Source: Octopus sinensis
Lineage: Eukaryota
Assembly: GCF_006345805.1 (NCBI RefSeq)
Contig: NC_043008.1
Location: 22,940,001-23,004,000, forward strand
DNA: 64,000 nt
Direction of reading: 5' to 3'
Shown: piece by piece, positions 22,664-36,334 of the stretch
How positions within the stretch are numbered: the stretch's first letter is position 1
How the letters are laid out: the number at the start of each line of letters is the position of its first letter
Program-made: the position numbers and the translations under genes
Notes under the pieces: generated by a model
Database searches by the model: none
Told to the model about the DNA's origin: nothing
What the model saw: only the letters and a program-made list of their open reading frames with translations

Positions 22664-22744
22664 TTTGTTATCTTTTCTTTTTATTTTAAATTTGCGAAAA
22701 TAATGTATTTTAAAAGGAAGAAAATTGGCATAACGGTTAAGTTT

Positions 22745-22817
22745 GGGGATATAGCTCAGTGGTAGAGCATTCGACTGCAGATCGAGAGGTCCCCCGGTTC
22801 GAACCCGGGTGTCCTCT
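22745..22817 (+). tRNA. trnC: tRNA-Cys(GCA), +1 C
   Basis: C5 run; acceptor 3' strand TGTCCTC. Confidence 0.75.
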
Positions 22818-23258
22818 TCTGTTTTGTTTTTCCGCTTTGTTTTAAATTTGCGAAAATAATGTACTTCAAAAGGAAGAAAAGGAAGAAGTTTTTATAGGGG
22901 AAGAATTCACGAAAAAAAAACAAAAAAACAAACAACCAAAAGCAAAAGATGAAAACATGTGGCGTAGAAAACAAACAGATGTATTAGTATAACGCTCAGG
23001 AATTGAAAAAGTCTTTTACGTTTCGAGCCTACGCTCTTCCACAGAAAGGGACACAGAAAAAACAACGAGAGAAACACGGAGAGAAAGAAAATGTGTGTAG
23101 TGGCTACCGATCTATCATGGCGACTTATTTTTATATTTTGGATGGTTATTCTTTTTTTTCTTTTCCAAATAAACACTTGCACTATATATTTGTTCTTCAC
23201 TCGTTTGTTACTGTTCTTGTAACACGTCTTTTGTCTGGAAATCTTTCGTCACACATCT

Positions 23259-23487
23259 ATTTCTTTATTACCCACAAGGGGCTAAACACAGAGGGGACAA
23301 ACTAGGACAGACATAGGTATTAAGTCGATTACATTGACCCCAGTGCGTAACTGGTACTTAATTTATCGACCCCGAAAGGATGAAAGGCAAAGTCGACCTC
23401 GGCGGAATTTGAACTCACAACGTAACGCAGACGAAATACCGCTAAGCATTTCGCCCAGCGTGCTAACGTTTCTGCCAGCTCGCCGCC
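23259..23487 (-). mobile_element. SINE family B with 16-bp TSD
   Basis: Flanked by direct repeat CTTTCGTCACACATCT. Confidence 0.9.
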
Positions 23488-23845
23488 TTTCGTCACACAT
23501 CTGTGACCTCTTCAGCGACACTTTCCGTCCTCATGTATGCTCCTTCTATGCTTGATTCATTCTGTTGCTTTATTTGGAAAAAAAAAAGAAAAAAACCCGA
23601 ATGACCATCATGAAATAGAACAATATATGTACCAACAAACGGTTTTAATTTCAGGAATCTTGCAGTAAATTCATAGTTATTTGATTAAGGGAAATAACTC
23701 TTCAGAATAATCTTACAGAGTTATGTCCCATGAACATTCTTTTGCATACATAATGTCCTTCGCCAGATTAACGCGTACAATATACAATTCGTCCTTCACT
23801 TCGGATATATTTTATCATTGCTCTCTTTTTTTACTGATAAGCTAC

Positions 23846-23889
<44 letters not shown>

Positions 23890-23898
23890 TGAGAGGGG

Positions 23899-23931
<33 letters not shown>

Positions 23932-24177
23932 TGAGAGAGAGAGAAAGAGAGATAGATAGATAGATAGATAGGGAGAGAGAGTATAAGAGAGAGAGAGAGA
24001 ATGGAAGACAGGGAGAGTGCGAGACAGATAGTGAGGGAGATGGAGAGTTAGAGAAAGATGGAGAGGGGGAGTGAGGAATAGAGTGAGAGAGAGGAAGTGA
24101 TTGAGGGAGAGAGAAAAGACATTATACACATATCAAGTATAACTAGATACTCACACACAAGACAAAGTGTGTATGTA

Positions 24178-24210
<33 letters not shown>

Positions 24211-24230
24211 AAGAGAGAGAGCGAGAGAGA
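23846..24230. repeat. (GA)n/(GATA)n/(GT)n microsatellite block
   Basis: Direct reading. Confidence 0.9.
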
Positions 24231-24290
24231 ACAAGAAAAACCAAACGCCCGATGTCATGTAAGTCAGCGTCTAATGAGCGACGCCAAATA

Positions 24291-24422
24291 GGCTGCGCCA
24301 TAACGGCTGCGCCATAACGGCTGCGCCATAACGGCTGCGCCATAACGGCTGCGCCATAACGGCTGCGCCATAACGGCTGCGCCATAACGGCTGCGCCATA
24401 ACGGCTGCGCCATAACGGCTGC
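24291..24422. repeat. 14-bp GC-rich minisatellite (GGCTGCGCCATAAC) x ~9.4
   Basis: Perfect tandem copies. Confidence 0.95.
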
Positions 24423-24545
24423 ACAAAAATATCTTATGCCTGCTGAAATGTACTTTTCCATCTGCATACATTGGGCGTGTGTCTTCTACTATAGCCTCAA
24501 GACAACCAAAGCCTTATGGTAGACGGAAACTGAAAGAAGCTCGTC

Positions 24546-24598
<53 letters not shown>

Positions 24599-24599
24599 G

Positions 24600-24850
24600 T
24601 ATCAAAATAAGCAACAAGGATATCCAGAGGTAATGCAGTACGATCGTTTCATACGCCTCCATTTAATTGAACAATGCAAACATTACATCAATTTAAAATG
24701 TAGAGCAATCTTCAGCTTCATAAAAATATAGAATTTAGTTAAATTCGAAGGACTCATTTGTATAATTTTTATCCAAAATCACCAATGGAATCGCATGAAA
24801 CGTTCGTACTGCATTATCTCTGGATATCCTTGTTGCTTATTTTGATTATA
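24600..24850. repeat. Inverted repeat nested in the (TA)n of a SINE A copy
   Basis: ATCAAAATAAGCAACAAGGATATCCAGAG...GTTTCAT mirrored at ~24795-24848; another single arm at 46746-46800. Confidence 0.85.
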
Positions 24851-25603
24851 ATCACCTTATTTTAAATTATATGGATAATACCATACTAAATTCTGGTACC
24901 TTCAACTTAAGTACCATATTCATCTGAATTTAAATTTTACTGAACTTATATATATATCCATTTGCCTAAGTGTGTGTGTCTTTGTGTGTGTCTTTGTTTC
25001 CCCATCACGGCTTGACAAATTGTGTTGGTGTGTTTGCGTCCTGTAACTTAGCAGTTTGGCAAAAGACACCGAGAGACTAAGTACTAGACATAAAATAAGT
25101 CCCGGAGTCGATTTGTTTGACTAAAATCCTTTAAGGCGGTGCTCTAGAATGGCCACAGTTTAATGATTGAAACAGGTATGAGAATATCTGAGATCATCGA
25201 AACAAACAGTAGTCTGCACCAGCAAAAGTTACTCATTTGCCTTTATTCTTAGTATCATAAATCACCACAGTCTTATAAGTTGGATGAATAAAAGATTAAA
25301 TTAACTGTTGCAGGTTTAAACTCAACTATATAATATGTAAATGAAAGTGAAAAAGAGAGAAGTAAAGAAAAGATAGAAGATAAAAGTAGAAATGGCAAGG
25401 TAACATAACTAAGGTGGAAGAAAGAAGAGGTGAATGAAAGAAACAGAATCAGAGAGATTCCTGCGGCACCACAGATCTTTTTCTTATCTCATTCAACCAA
25501 CTCCTTGATGTCTTTTGTAAAATCAAGACCGAAGACCCATGTCCCTAAAATAGGGATACTGGTAAAATACTTCATCGGAATTCAGTTAATTCTGTTAACT
25601 GCA

Positions 25604-28600
25604 AACGTATAAATGTTAATATTTCAATTGATGATAACGTATAAATGATAATATTTGAATTGATGATATCGTATAAATGTTAATATTTGAATTGATGATA
25701 ACGTATAAATGATAATATTTGAATTGATGATATCTTACAAATGTTAATATTTGAATTGATGATATCGTATAAATGTTAATATTTGAATTGATGATAACAT
25801 ATAAAAGTTAATATTTGAATTGATGATAACATATAAATGTTAATATTTGAATTGATGATAACGTATAAATGTTAATATTTGAATTGATGATAACGTATAA
25901 ATGTTAATATTTGAATTGATGATAACCTATAAATGTCAATATTTGAATTGATGATATCGTATAAATGTTAATTTTTGAATTGACGTTAACGTACAAATGT
26001 TAATATTTGAATTGATGATAACGTATAAATGTTAATATTTGAATTGATGATAACGTATAAATGTTAATATTTGAATTGATGATAACGTATAAATGTTAAT
26101 ATTTGAATTGATGATAACGTATAAATGTTAATATTTGAATTGATGATAACCTATAAATGTCAATATTTGAATTGATGATATCGTATAAATGTTAATATTT
26201 GAATTGATGATAACCTATAAATGTCAATATTTGAATTGATGAAAACGTATAAATGTCAATATTTGAATTGATGATATCGTATAAATGTTAATATTTGAAT
26301 TGATGATAACGTATAAATGTCAATATTTGAATTGATGATATCGTATAAATGTTAATATTTGAATTGATGATAACGTATAAGTGTTAATATTTGAATTGAT
26401 GATATCGTATAAATGTTAATATTTGAATTGATGATAACGTATAAATGTCAATATTTGAATTGATGATATCGTATAAATGTTAATATTTGAATTGGATGAT
26501 AACGTATAAATGTCAATATTTGAATAGATGATATCGTATAATTGTTAATATTTGAATTGATGATAGCGTTTAAATGTTAATATTTGTATTGATGATAACG
26601 TATAAATGTTAATATTTGAATTGATGATATCGTATAAATGTTAATATTTGAATTAATGATAACGTATAAATGTTAATATTTGACTTATTGATATCGTTTA
26701 AATTTTAATATTTGAATTGATGATAACGTATAAATATTAATATTTGAATTGATGATAACGTATAAATGTTAATATTTGAATTGATGATAACGTATAAATG
26801 TTAATATTTGAATTGATGATATCATATAAATGTTAATATTTGAATTGATGATAACGTATAAATGTTAATATTTGAATTGATGATAACCTATAAATGTTAA
26901 TATTTGAATTGATGATAACGTATAAATGTTAATATTTGAATTGATGATATCATATAAATGTTAATATTTGAATTGATGATAACGTATAAATGTTAATATT
27001 TGAATTGATGATAACCTATAAATGTTAATATTTGAATTGATGATAACGTATAAATGTTAATATTTGACTTATTGATATCGTTTAAATTTTAATATTTGAA
27101 TTGATGATAACGTATAAATGTCAATATTTGAATTGATGATAACGTATAAATGTTAATATTTGAATTGATGATATCGTATAAATGTTAATATTTGATTTGA
27201 TGATAACGTATAAATGTTAATATTTGAATTGATGATAATGTATAAATGTTAATATTTGAATTGATGATATCGTATAAATGTTAATATTTGAATTGATGAT
27301 GACGTATAATTGTTAATATTTGAATTGATGATAACGTATAAATGTTAATATTTGAATTGATGATATCGTATAAATGTTAATATTTGAATTGATGATAACG
27401 TATAAATGTTAATATTTGAATTGATGACAACGTATAATTGTTAATATTTGAATTGATGATAACGTATAAATATTAATATTTGAATTGATGATAACGTAAA
27501 AATGTTAATATTTGAATTGATGATAACGTATAAATGTTAATATTTGAATTGATGATAACGTATAAATGTTAATATTTGTATTGATGATAACGTATAAATG
27601 TTAATATCTGAATTGATGATAACGTATAAATGTTAATATTTGAATTGATGATATCGTATAAATGTTAATATTTGAATTGATGATAACGTATAAATGTTAA
27701 TATTTGAATTGATGATATCGTATAAATGTTAATATTTGTATTGATGATATCGTATAAATGTTAAGATCTGAATTGATGATAACGTATAAATGTTAATATT
27801 TGAATTGATGATATCGTATAAATGTTAATATTTGAATTGATGATAACGTATAAATGTTAATATTTGAATTGATGATAACGTATAAATGTTAATATTTGAA
27901 TTGATGATAACGTATAAATGTTAATATTTGTATTGATGATATCGTATAAATGTTAAGATCTGAATTGATGATAACGTATAAATGTTAATATCTGAATTGA
28001 TGATATCGTATAAATGTTAATATTTGAATTGATGATAACGTATAAATGTTAATATTTGAATTGATGATAATGTATAAATGTTAATATTTGAATTGATGAT
28101 AACGTATAAATGTTAATATTTGAATTGATGATAACGTATAAATGTTAATATCTGAATTGATGATAACGTAAAATGTTAATATTTGAATTGATGATAACGT
28201 ATAAATGTTAATATTTGAATTGATGATAACGTATAAATGTTAATATTTGAATTGATGATAACGTATAAATGTTAATATTTGAATTGATGATATCGTATAA
28301 ATGTTAATATTTGAATTGATGATAACGTATAAATGTTAATATTTGAATTGATGATAACGTATAAATGTTAATATTTGAATTGATGATAACGTATAAATGT
28401 TAATATTTGAATTGATGATAACGTATAAATATTAATATCTGAATTGATGATAACGTATAAATGTTAATATTTGAATTGATGATAACGTATAAATGTTAAT
28501 ATTTGAATTGATGATAACGTATAAATGTTAATATTTGAATTGATGATATCATATAAATGTTAATATTTGAATTGATGATAACGTATAAATGTTAATATTT

Positions 28601-28870
28601 GAATTGATGATAACCTATAAATGTTAATATTTGAATTGATGATAACGTATAAATGTTAATATTTGAATTGATGATATCATATAAATGTTAATATTGAATT
28701 GATGATGATAACGTATAATGTTAATATTTGAATTGATGATAACGTATAAATGTTAATATTTGAATTGATGATAACGTATAAATGTTAATATTTGACTTAT
28801 TGATATCGTTTAAATTTTAATATTTGAATTGATGATAACGTATAAATATTAATATTTGAATTGATGATAA
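25604..28870. repeat. 32-bp AT-rich satellite, ~100 copies
   Basis: Unit AACGTATAAATGTTAATATTTGAATTGATGAT; period 32 (e.g. 25861 to 25893). Confidence 0.97.
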
Positions 28871-29357
28871 GGCGCCGAGTTAACACAGTTGTCTGCACGC
28901 TGGGCAAGATATTTAACGGCTATTTTGTCCGTCTCTACGTCCTGAGTTCAACTTCAGCTGCGGTCGACTTTCCTTTTGTTCCTTTTGGGGCCAACGAAGT
29001 ACGCACCAATTGAATACTGAGGTCAATGTAATCGGTTCGCCCCCTCCCCGCTCTCCTAAAAAAATTCCAGGCCTTGTGCCTTTAACATAAAGGACTATTT
29101 TGGTCATCCGTCGCTCACATGCGAACATTATCGATATATCTTATACCGCACTTTCGCTATTTCGTTATGTAATCGCAAGCAAACGTAAACAGTCTGTTGG
29201 GGAGAAGGCAGAACCAGGAACTGGCTGGTACACATTTTCAACCGAGCTGACCAGAGTAACGAGAAATAACGTAGATTGTTGAAGGACACAACAAACTGCT
29301 TAGTGCAGGAATGGAACCCATTTCGTTACGACTGAGTCAAACACCCAACCATTATAC

Positions 29358-29544
29358 CAGTGCTCCGCAACCATATTTTCACTTTCGGTACATTTATATT
29401 CTTTTCAAAATTCGGCTCACACCTGAACTGAGAATATTAACTAAAAATTAAGGGAAGAAAAATATATTCAGGTTATACTGCGGCACACCTAGCATCATCT
29501 TGTGACATACCAGTGTGCCGCGGCGTACCGGTTGCAGAGCATTC
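29358..29544. mobile_element. hAT-type MITE
   Basis: CAGTGCTCCGCAACC ... GGTTGCAGAGCATT TIRs; flanks CATTATAC / CACTAAAC. Confidence 0.6.
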
Positions 29545-29892
29545 CACTAAACTACACGTTTTCATAGCAGCCGCTAAATAAAAATAAAAAATTCATGGGA
29601 CATAACTCATAAAAAATTATCATTACGAGTTATTTCCCTTGATAATAAAATCTTAGTATTTTATAATTTTATAAAGTTTGACAGGAACTTTATAATTATT
29701 ACGCTAGTCAATGAAATGCAACAGCTGTCAAACGTTGAAGTTTATTTAATTGACGATGTCCTCTCCATCTGTTGCTTTGGAATAGTAATAGAAATCAATA
29801 TTATTGATTTGTATAAATAAACAAAAAAAACAGGTGTTCCACGACATGTAGTTTAGTGGTATACTATTCAACTGCGGATAGTGAAGTCTCGG

Positions 29893-30120
29893 AACCCTTT
29901 CATTACCAACCCGGCCAAAACCGGCCTTGGCTTTGTAGTACAAATGTCTTGTTTTCATAAGTTTTGAATTAAAATCTTTCACCAAACCTTAGTCACAATT
30001 TATGTTCCTAACACTAGCTGAATGATAACTAAGTTATTTTAGTAAATTCTTTGTTATATTTAAAATTAATTGAAAGAAACACAGAGCATCTCAAAATAAA
30101 TAGAGTAATGAAAGGGTTAA
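29893..30120. mobile_element. piggyBac-like MITE
   Basis: AACCCTTTCATTAC ... GTAATGAAAGGGTTAA TIRs. Confidence 0.6.
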
Positions 30121-30557
30121 AATCCGACTGTACCATTCGTCATCATCAACTCCAGGACATTCCTGTGTCGAGACCTCGGACTTACAGGGCCGGTTAACTG
30201 ATTTCCATGGCGTAAAAGTGATCAAGATCACAACACTCTCCTAGAACGGGACGCACGTCCGTTGCCAGCTGAGAGGAAGTGAGCAACGTTAAACGAAGCG
30301 TTTTTTCTCAAGGGTATAATGTCCCGCCCGGTTAGAGAATCGAAACTGCGATATTTTGAGCAACACCCTAACTACTAGGCCACGCGCTGTACCATTTACA
30401 CCATCACTTTTCTTGTTATTTCCATTTTTTTCTCAATGTTCTAGTGATGGAAGATCCATATCAGGTCACCGGTTAAAAATTCTTCACCGAAGATTTTTAA
30501 CTTTTACTTCGGCACTTTTTTTGTGTATCTCTTTCACGTGTAGTCCACAAAAGTGGA

Positions 30558-30940
30558 TGGAAGCACTCCGTCGGTTACGACGACGAGGGTTCCGGCTGAT
30601 CCAAATCAACGGAACAGCCTGCTCGTGAAATTAACGTGTAAGTGGCTGAGCACTCCACAGACACGTGTACCCTTAACGTAGTTCTCAGGGATATTCAGCG
30701 TGACACAGAGAGTGACAAGGCCGGCCCTTTGAAATACAGGTACAACAGAAACAAGAAGTAAGGGTGAGAGAAAGTTGTGGTGAAAGAGTACAGCAGGGAT
30801 CACCACCATCCCCTGCCGGAGCCTCGTAGAGCTTTAGGTGTTTCCGCTCAATAAACACTCACAACGCCCGGTCTGGGAATCGAAACCGCGATCCTATGAC
30901 CGCGAGTCCGCTGCCCTAACCACTGGGCCATTGCGCCTCC
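30558..30940 (-). mobile_element. SINE family C
   Basis: Near-identical to 4513-4892. Confidence 0.85.
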
Positions 30941-31297
30941 AGTCCACAAAAGTACTGTATCAAGCAATCATTTCTGCTATGGGTACAATGCCTGGAAATT
31001 TGTGGGGAGGTGGTGTGGGATGGGTGGGCTAGGCGATTACTTCGACTCCATTATTTAACTGATGTTATATTTTAACGATCCCGAAAGGAATAAAAGGCAA
31101 AATTCGATCTCGACGGAATTTAAAATCAAAACGTAAATGGTCACGATTCCGCCAGCTCGCAGCCTTAGTGTGTCATCGAATAATATACATATACATATCT
31201 CGACACACGCACTCACACACGCACGCACATAAATACATACATACATACATACATACATACATACATACATACATACATGCATACATACATACATACA

Positions 31298-31328
<31 letters not shown>

Positions 31329-31329
31329 G

Positions 31330-31980
<651 letters not shown>

Positions 31981-32018
31981 TAAAAGAATATATATATATA
32001 CATACTTATGTGCGTGTA

Positions 32019-32104
<86 letters not shown>

Positions 32105-32249
32105 CCTACCTATCTATCTATCTATCTATCTATCTCCCGCTCTCCTTCTGTCTGTCCGTCTGTCTGTCTCTCTCTATCTAATTACACACACACATATACA
32201 CATACGCGCGCGCGCGCACACACACACATATTGGAAAAATTGGAGTCAG

Positions 32250-32610
32250 CAAGAAGAGGTACATTTGGACATTTACTTTTTAATCCCTACAATTGTTTCG
32301 ACGCATCGTAGTTCTCTAGACGTGCAGGTACTTGGTTATACAACTGTTTCCCTGCATTATGTGTTCAAGTTGTGTTTCCTCAAGCGATATGTAAATATTG
32401 TGTTCGTAAGTTTAAAATCCTCGGCTTCAAAAACATCCCATGTGTCTGAATTCAGTAGTAGTCACTACTACTAAATTCACTATTGCATCTAGATGTCATA
32501 ATGCAGGGAGACAGTTGCATAATCAAATGCCTGCGCTCCTGGAGAACTACATTGCGTGGAAACAATTGTAGTGACTAAATAAATAAATATTCAATCGTAC
32601 CCCTTCTTGT
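32250..32610. repeat. Diverged inverted repeat (~110-bp arms)
   Basis: CTACAATTGTTTCGACGCA...TTCCCTGCATTATG mirrored by CATAATGCAGGGAGAC...TGCGTGGAAACAATTGTAG. Confidence 0.8.
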
Positions 32611-32727
32611 TGACTCCAATTTTTTCAATTATCTATTCACACACGGCAGATGCCCAAACGCAAACCTGGAAGTACCTACCACCACCACCACCACCACCAC
32701 CACCACACCACCACCACCACCACCACC

Positions 32728-32761
<34 letters not shown>

Positions 32762-33089
32762 TCCTCATCCTCATCCTCCTCATCATCATCATCACCATCA
32801 TCATTGTTATTAAGGCAGCGAGCTGGCAGAATCGTTAGCACGCCGGATAAAATAAAATGACTTGTGGCATTTAATCCGTTTTTACGACCTGATATCAAAT
32901 TCCGCTGAGATCAACTTTGCTTTCATCATCACGGGGGTCGATAAAATAAGTACAAGTTGAGCATTGGGGGATCGATGAAATCATCTTACCCCACTCCCCT
33001 CAAATTGCTGGCCTTGTACCAAAATTTGAAATCAATATTTCACCAACAATTATATTTACAATTATATTATATTTACAAAGATATATTTA

Positions 33090-33260
33090 CAATGTGCATT
33101 CCAGAAATTTTCAGGATTTTTTTGGAATGACATCTATTAATTCCAAAGTAAGATCCTTTGACATCATTGCATTTGTTGCAGCACTCCAGCCACTTTGTGA
33201 AGGCCCCCACGGAAGTCCTTCGAAGTGAAGGTGACCAGAACCCTCGTCACAGTTTTCTTC
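33090..33260 (-). mobile_element. Mariner transposase C-terminal remnant
   Basis: Minus strand VTRVLVTFTSKDFR..AFTKWLECCNKCNDVKGSYF resembles the mariner W..R..KCI...G.YFE end. Confidence 0.6.
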
Positions 33261-33517
33261 GTCTTCACGTTCAGTTTGTGGAACTACTAAAAGTTACATG
33301 TACTAAAATCTACGACAGTTATAACTGTCTCTCCTAAAAAAAGTCTCAAAACTTTGGAATGCACCTCTTATATTTAATTAGTTATAAAGACTGAAGTTTC
33401 TTTTAAACATTACAACTTCATTGTATTGAATATTGATTACACTGTTGTCTTAAGTTTTCGTATAGTATTACAATTTGGAGCGGAACGGAGAAAAACATGT
33501 GAGTATTAACGGGTTTT

Positions 33518-33675
33518 TTTTTTGTGGTGGTGGCGGGGTTATTGTAACAGAATCTAAGTTTCTAATTTCAGGTCATACATAATAGATTCCAATACTTGAA
33601 TTAACGAGACATAAAGACGACCTGAAATAACAAACTTAGATTCTGTTACAATAACCCCGCCACCACCACAAAAAA
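33518..33675. repeat. Inverted repeat (~55-bp arms)
   Basis: TGTGGTGGTGGCGGGGTTATTGTAACAGAATCTAAGTTT mirrored by AAACTTAGATTCTGTTACAATAACCCCGCCACCACCACA. Confidence 0.9.
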
Positions 33676-34360
33676 CAAACAAACAACAAAAAACAAAAAA
33701 AAAAAAACAAACTACAAAAAAAACCTGAAAGTTGGAAATTAGCATCAACTGAAAATGATGTCTAACTACTAATAGAGTTAATTACTTTTCTAAAAACGGT
33801 ATTATTAATGCAGCCTGGACTGCTTCACACAGTCGTGATCCAGTGACAAGTTGTTTTCTCTAGTTGCAGACTAAGCATACAGAGACTGATTTGGTTCCAA
33901 TTATTGGCGATTACATAAGCTAAAATAATGAGAAAGAAATTGCTTTGCTCAGAAACAACGATATACGCTCTTCTGTCGAGACCAGACGATTTTGTTTTGT
34001 TTGTGAACAAAAACAATTTATTCTACGTTTACTAACAATTACGGGCAACAATTAACCGCTTAGTTTTTATTTTCCTTCTCCAATTAAGAGACAAATTTCG
34101 TTTCATTAATAACTGTTTGCATATGCTATTCAGTACATTAGTAACTACTGCGGTCGAGAGCGCTACCAATGAGTTGACTGGTCAGTCAAACATATAAACG
34201 CTTTACTGACTTTAAAATTTCGTTAATACACTGAAAAGACAATAATCAATAAGATGAGAACGAAAGTTTATCGTGGCAAAATTACATTTTCTTACAAGTT
34301 TTTTTTCTCCTAAAAAGTTAAATAAGACGTAGTTGTGCTATCTTTCGTCTTTTGTCGTTC

Positions 34361-34746
34361 ACTAGCAGTATCGCCCTGCGTTGCTCGGGTTTGTTTCGAC
34401 CCTTTAGGATTAGAATTTTTGAACAGTAAACATTTTACATTATGTAGCTAGTTTTTCTCTTTAGGTCAACATTTTTCTGGTTGAAAAATGGCGACACAGC
34501 AGCCCAAAAATCGTAAAAAAATAGGGATTTTCATAGAAAAATAAATGCACCTTTTTGATGTAAATAATTTTTGGTGTTAACATGGTCCGATTTGAATTTT
34601 ATCTTCTACGGAATGAAGAGCAAGCCTTCTTCTATCATACTCTCAATTTTGGTCAAATTGCGCCGCAGGGTCTCGGAGGAGATAGTGTTAGTTGAAGGCT
34701 ACCAAAACTTCCATACACAGACAACTTCAGCTTTATATATAGAGAG
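34361..34746 (-). mobile_element. Non-autonomous Helitron
   Basis: Minus-strand 3' end CCCGAGCAACGCAGGGCGATACTGCTAG|T (hairpin plus CTAG); 5' end TCTCTATATATAAAG. Confidence 0.65.
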
Positions 34747-35016
34747 ATTTGCGCCATTCAGTGAACTGCGGTCATGCTGGGGCACCACTTTGAACGATTT
34801 TTGCCGAACAAATCGTTCTCGGTATACTTATGTTTTAAAGTCTGGTATATATTCTATCAATCTGTTTTGCCGAGCCGCTAAGTTACGAGTACGTAAACAA
34901 ACTGACACTTGTTGTCAAGCTGTGTGTGTGTGTGGGGGGGGGGCATAGACAGTCACAAAGACACCCCCACACATACATTTATGCACAACGGGCCTCTACA
35001 TAATTTCCGTCTAAAC

Positions 35017-35517
35017 CAAGGGTTTTCAACTGGGGTCTATATGGCCCCTGAAGGTCCATATAAGATTGTTGGGGGTCCACGCAACAAAATAGTAAATCAG
35101 GGATCTACAATAGTATTTTAAGGGTCCCTGAAAAAATTTGCTTTAGATATATATATTGGTATGTATTGCAAGAAACAGCTAAGTTTCGTTCTCTAACATT
35201 TTACTTAGTTCCACCTATGCAAGTTAATGTGTGAGAAACAAAATAGAAATTTTGAAAGAGAGAGATCGTTAGCCACTAGACACATTTTTTTCTCTCCTTG
35301 TTTTTTTCTGTGTCCCTTTCTGTAGAAGAGCATAGGCTCGAAACGTAAAAGACTTTTTCTATTCCTGAGCGTTATACTAATACATCTGTTTGTTTTGTAC
35401 ACCACCCGTCTTCGTCTATAAAACTAGTTTTTTTAAACATCGAATGGCTATGGGGGTCCACCGGAATACAATAGTAATCAAAGGGGTTCATAGATAAAAA
35501 ATGTTTGAGAAACCCTG
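35017..35517. mobile_element. hAT-type MITE
   Basis: CAAGGGTTTTCAA ... TTGAGAAACCCTG TIRs; 8-bp flanks GTCTAAAC / ATCTAAAT. Confidence 0.75.
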
Positions 35518-35846
35518 ATCTAAATGATCAAACTTGGATACACAGATCACAGTGATCCTCATTGAATCACATGTGCCAAGCTGTCATCTAAAATTGCCGT
35601 TCATTTATGTTAATCGATATTATTTTCGTGCAGGGACGTTTTCACCTGAATACAAAAATAAAATTTTCATATTTGTTCATTTTCTCATTTATTTATTCAT
35701 GTTTTTTGCCTGTGCTTTTCTTTAATGCTATACATGCCATCAGTCTATTATTAATGCGAGGTCACGTTGAATTATAAAACATAATGATCAATATAAATAT
35801 AATTATATTTCGTTTAAATAATTGGAAACTAACGCTGCGCTTGTAT

Positions 35847-35917
35847 GGAGATATAGCTCAGTGGTAGAGAATTCGAATGCAGAGCGAGAGGCTTCCGATT
35901 CGAACCCGAGTGGCCTT
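35847..35917 (+). pseudogene. tRNA-Cys pseudogene
   Basis: GGAGATATAGCTCAGTGGTAGAGAATTCGAATGCAGAGCGAG...TTCGAACCCG; multiple stem mismatches. Confidence 0.8.
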
Positions 35918-36000
35918 GTACTAAATTTTTCTTTTAAAAAATATCGTAATACTTTTTCTCATCCTTCGTTTTCGCATTGTAGAATACTGTGTTTATATAA

Positions 36001-36232
36001 TGCAGCGAGCTGGCAGAAGCGTTAGCACGCCGGGCGAAATGCTGAGAGGTATTCCGTCAGCCGTTACGTTCTGAGTTCAAATTCTGCTGAGGTCGACTTT
36101 GCCTTTCATCCTTTCGGGGTCGATAAATTAAGTACCAGTTACGCACTGGGGTCGATGTAATCGACTTAATCCGTTTGTTTGTCCCTGTTTGTCCCCTCTA
36201 TGTTTAGCCCCTTGTGGGCAATAAAGAAATAA
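36001..36232 (+). mobile_element. SINE family B
   Basis: Family B consensus. Confidence 0.85.
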
Positions 36233-36244
36233 GAATACTGTGTT

Positions 36245-36285
<41 letters not shown>

Positions 36286-36334
36286 CTATACTTACGTACA
36301 TACATACACGCATATATATATATAATCCTTTCTA

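Noticed and set aside
25604-28870. 32-bp repeat as a CRISPR array
   Set aside because: Head-to-tail units with no unique spacers
30860-30940. tRNA-like head as a real tRNA gene
   Set aside because: It is the 5' head of SINE family C, attached to a repeated body
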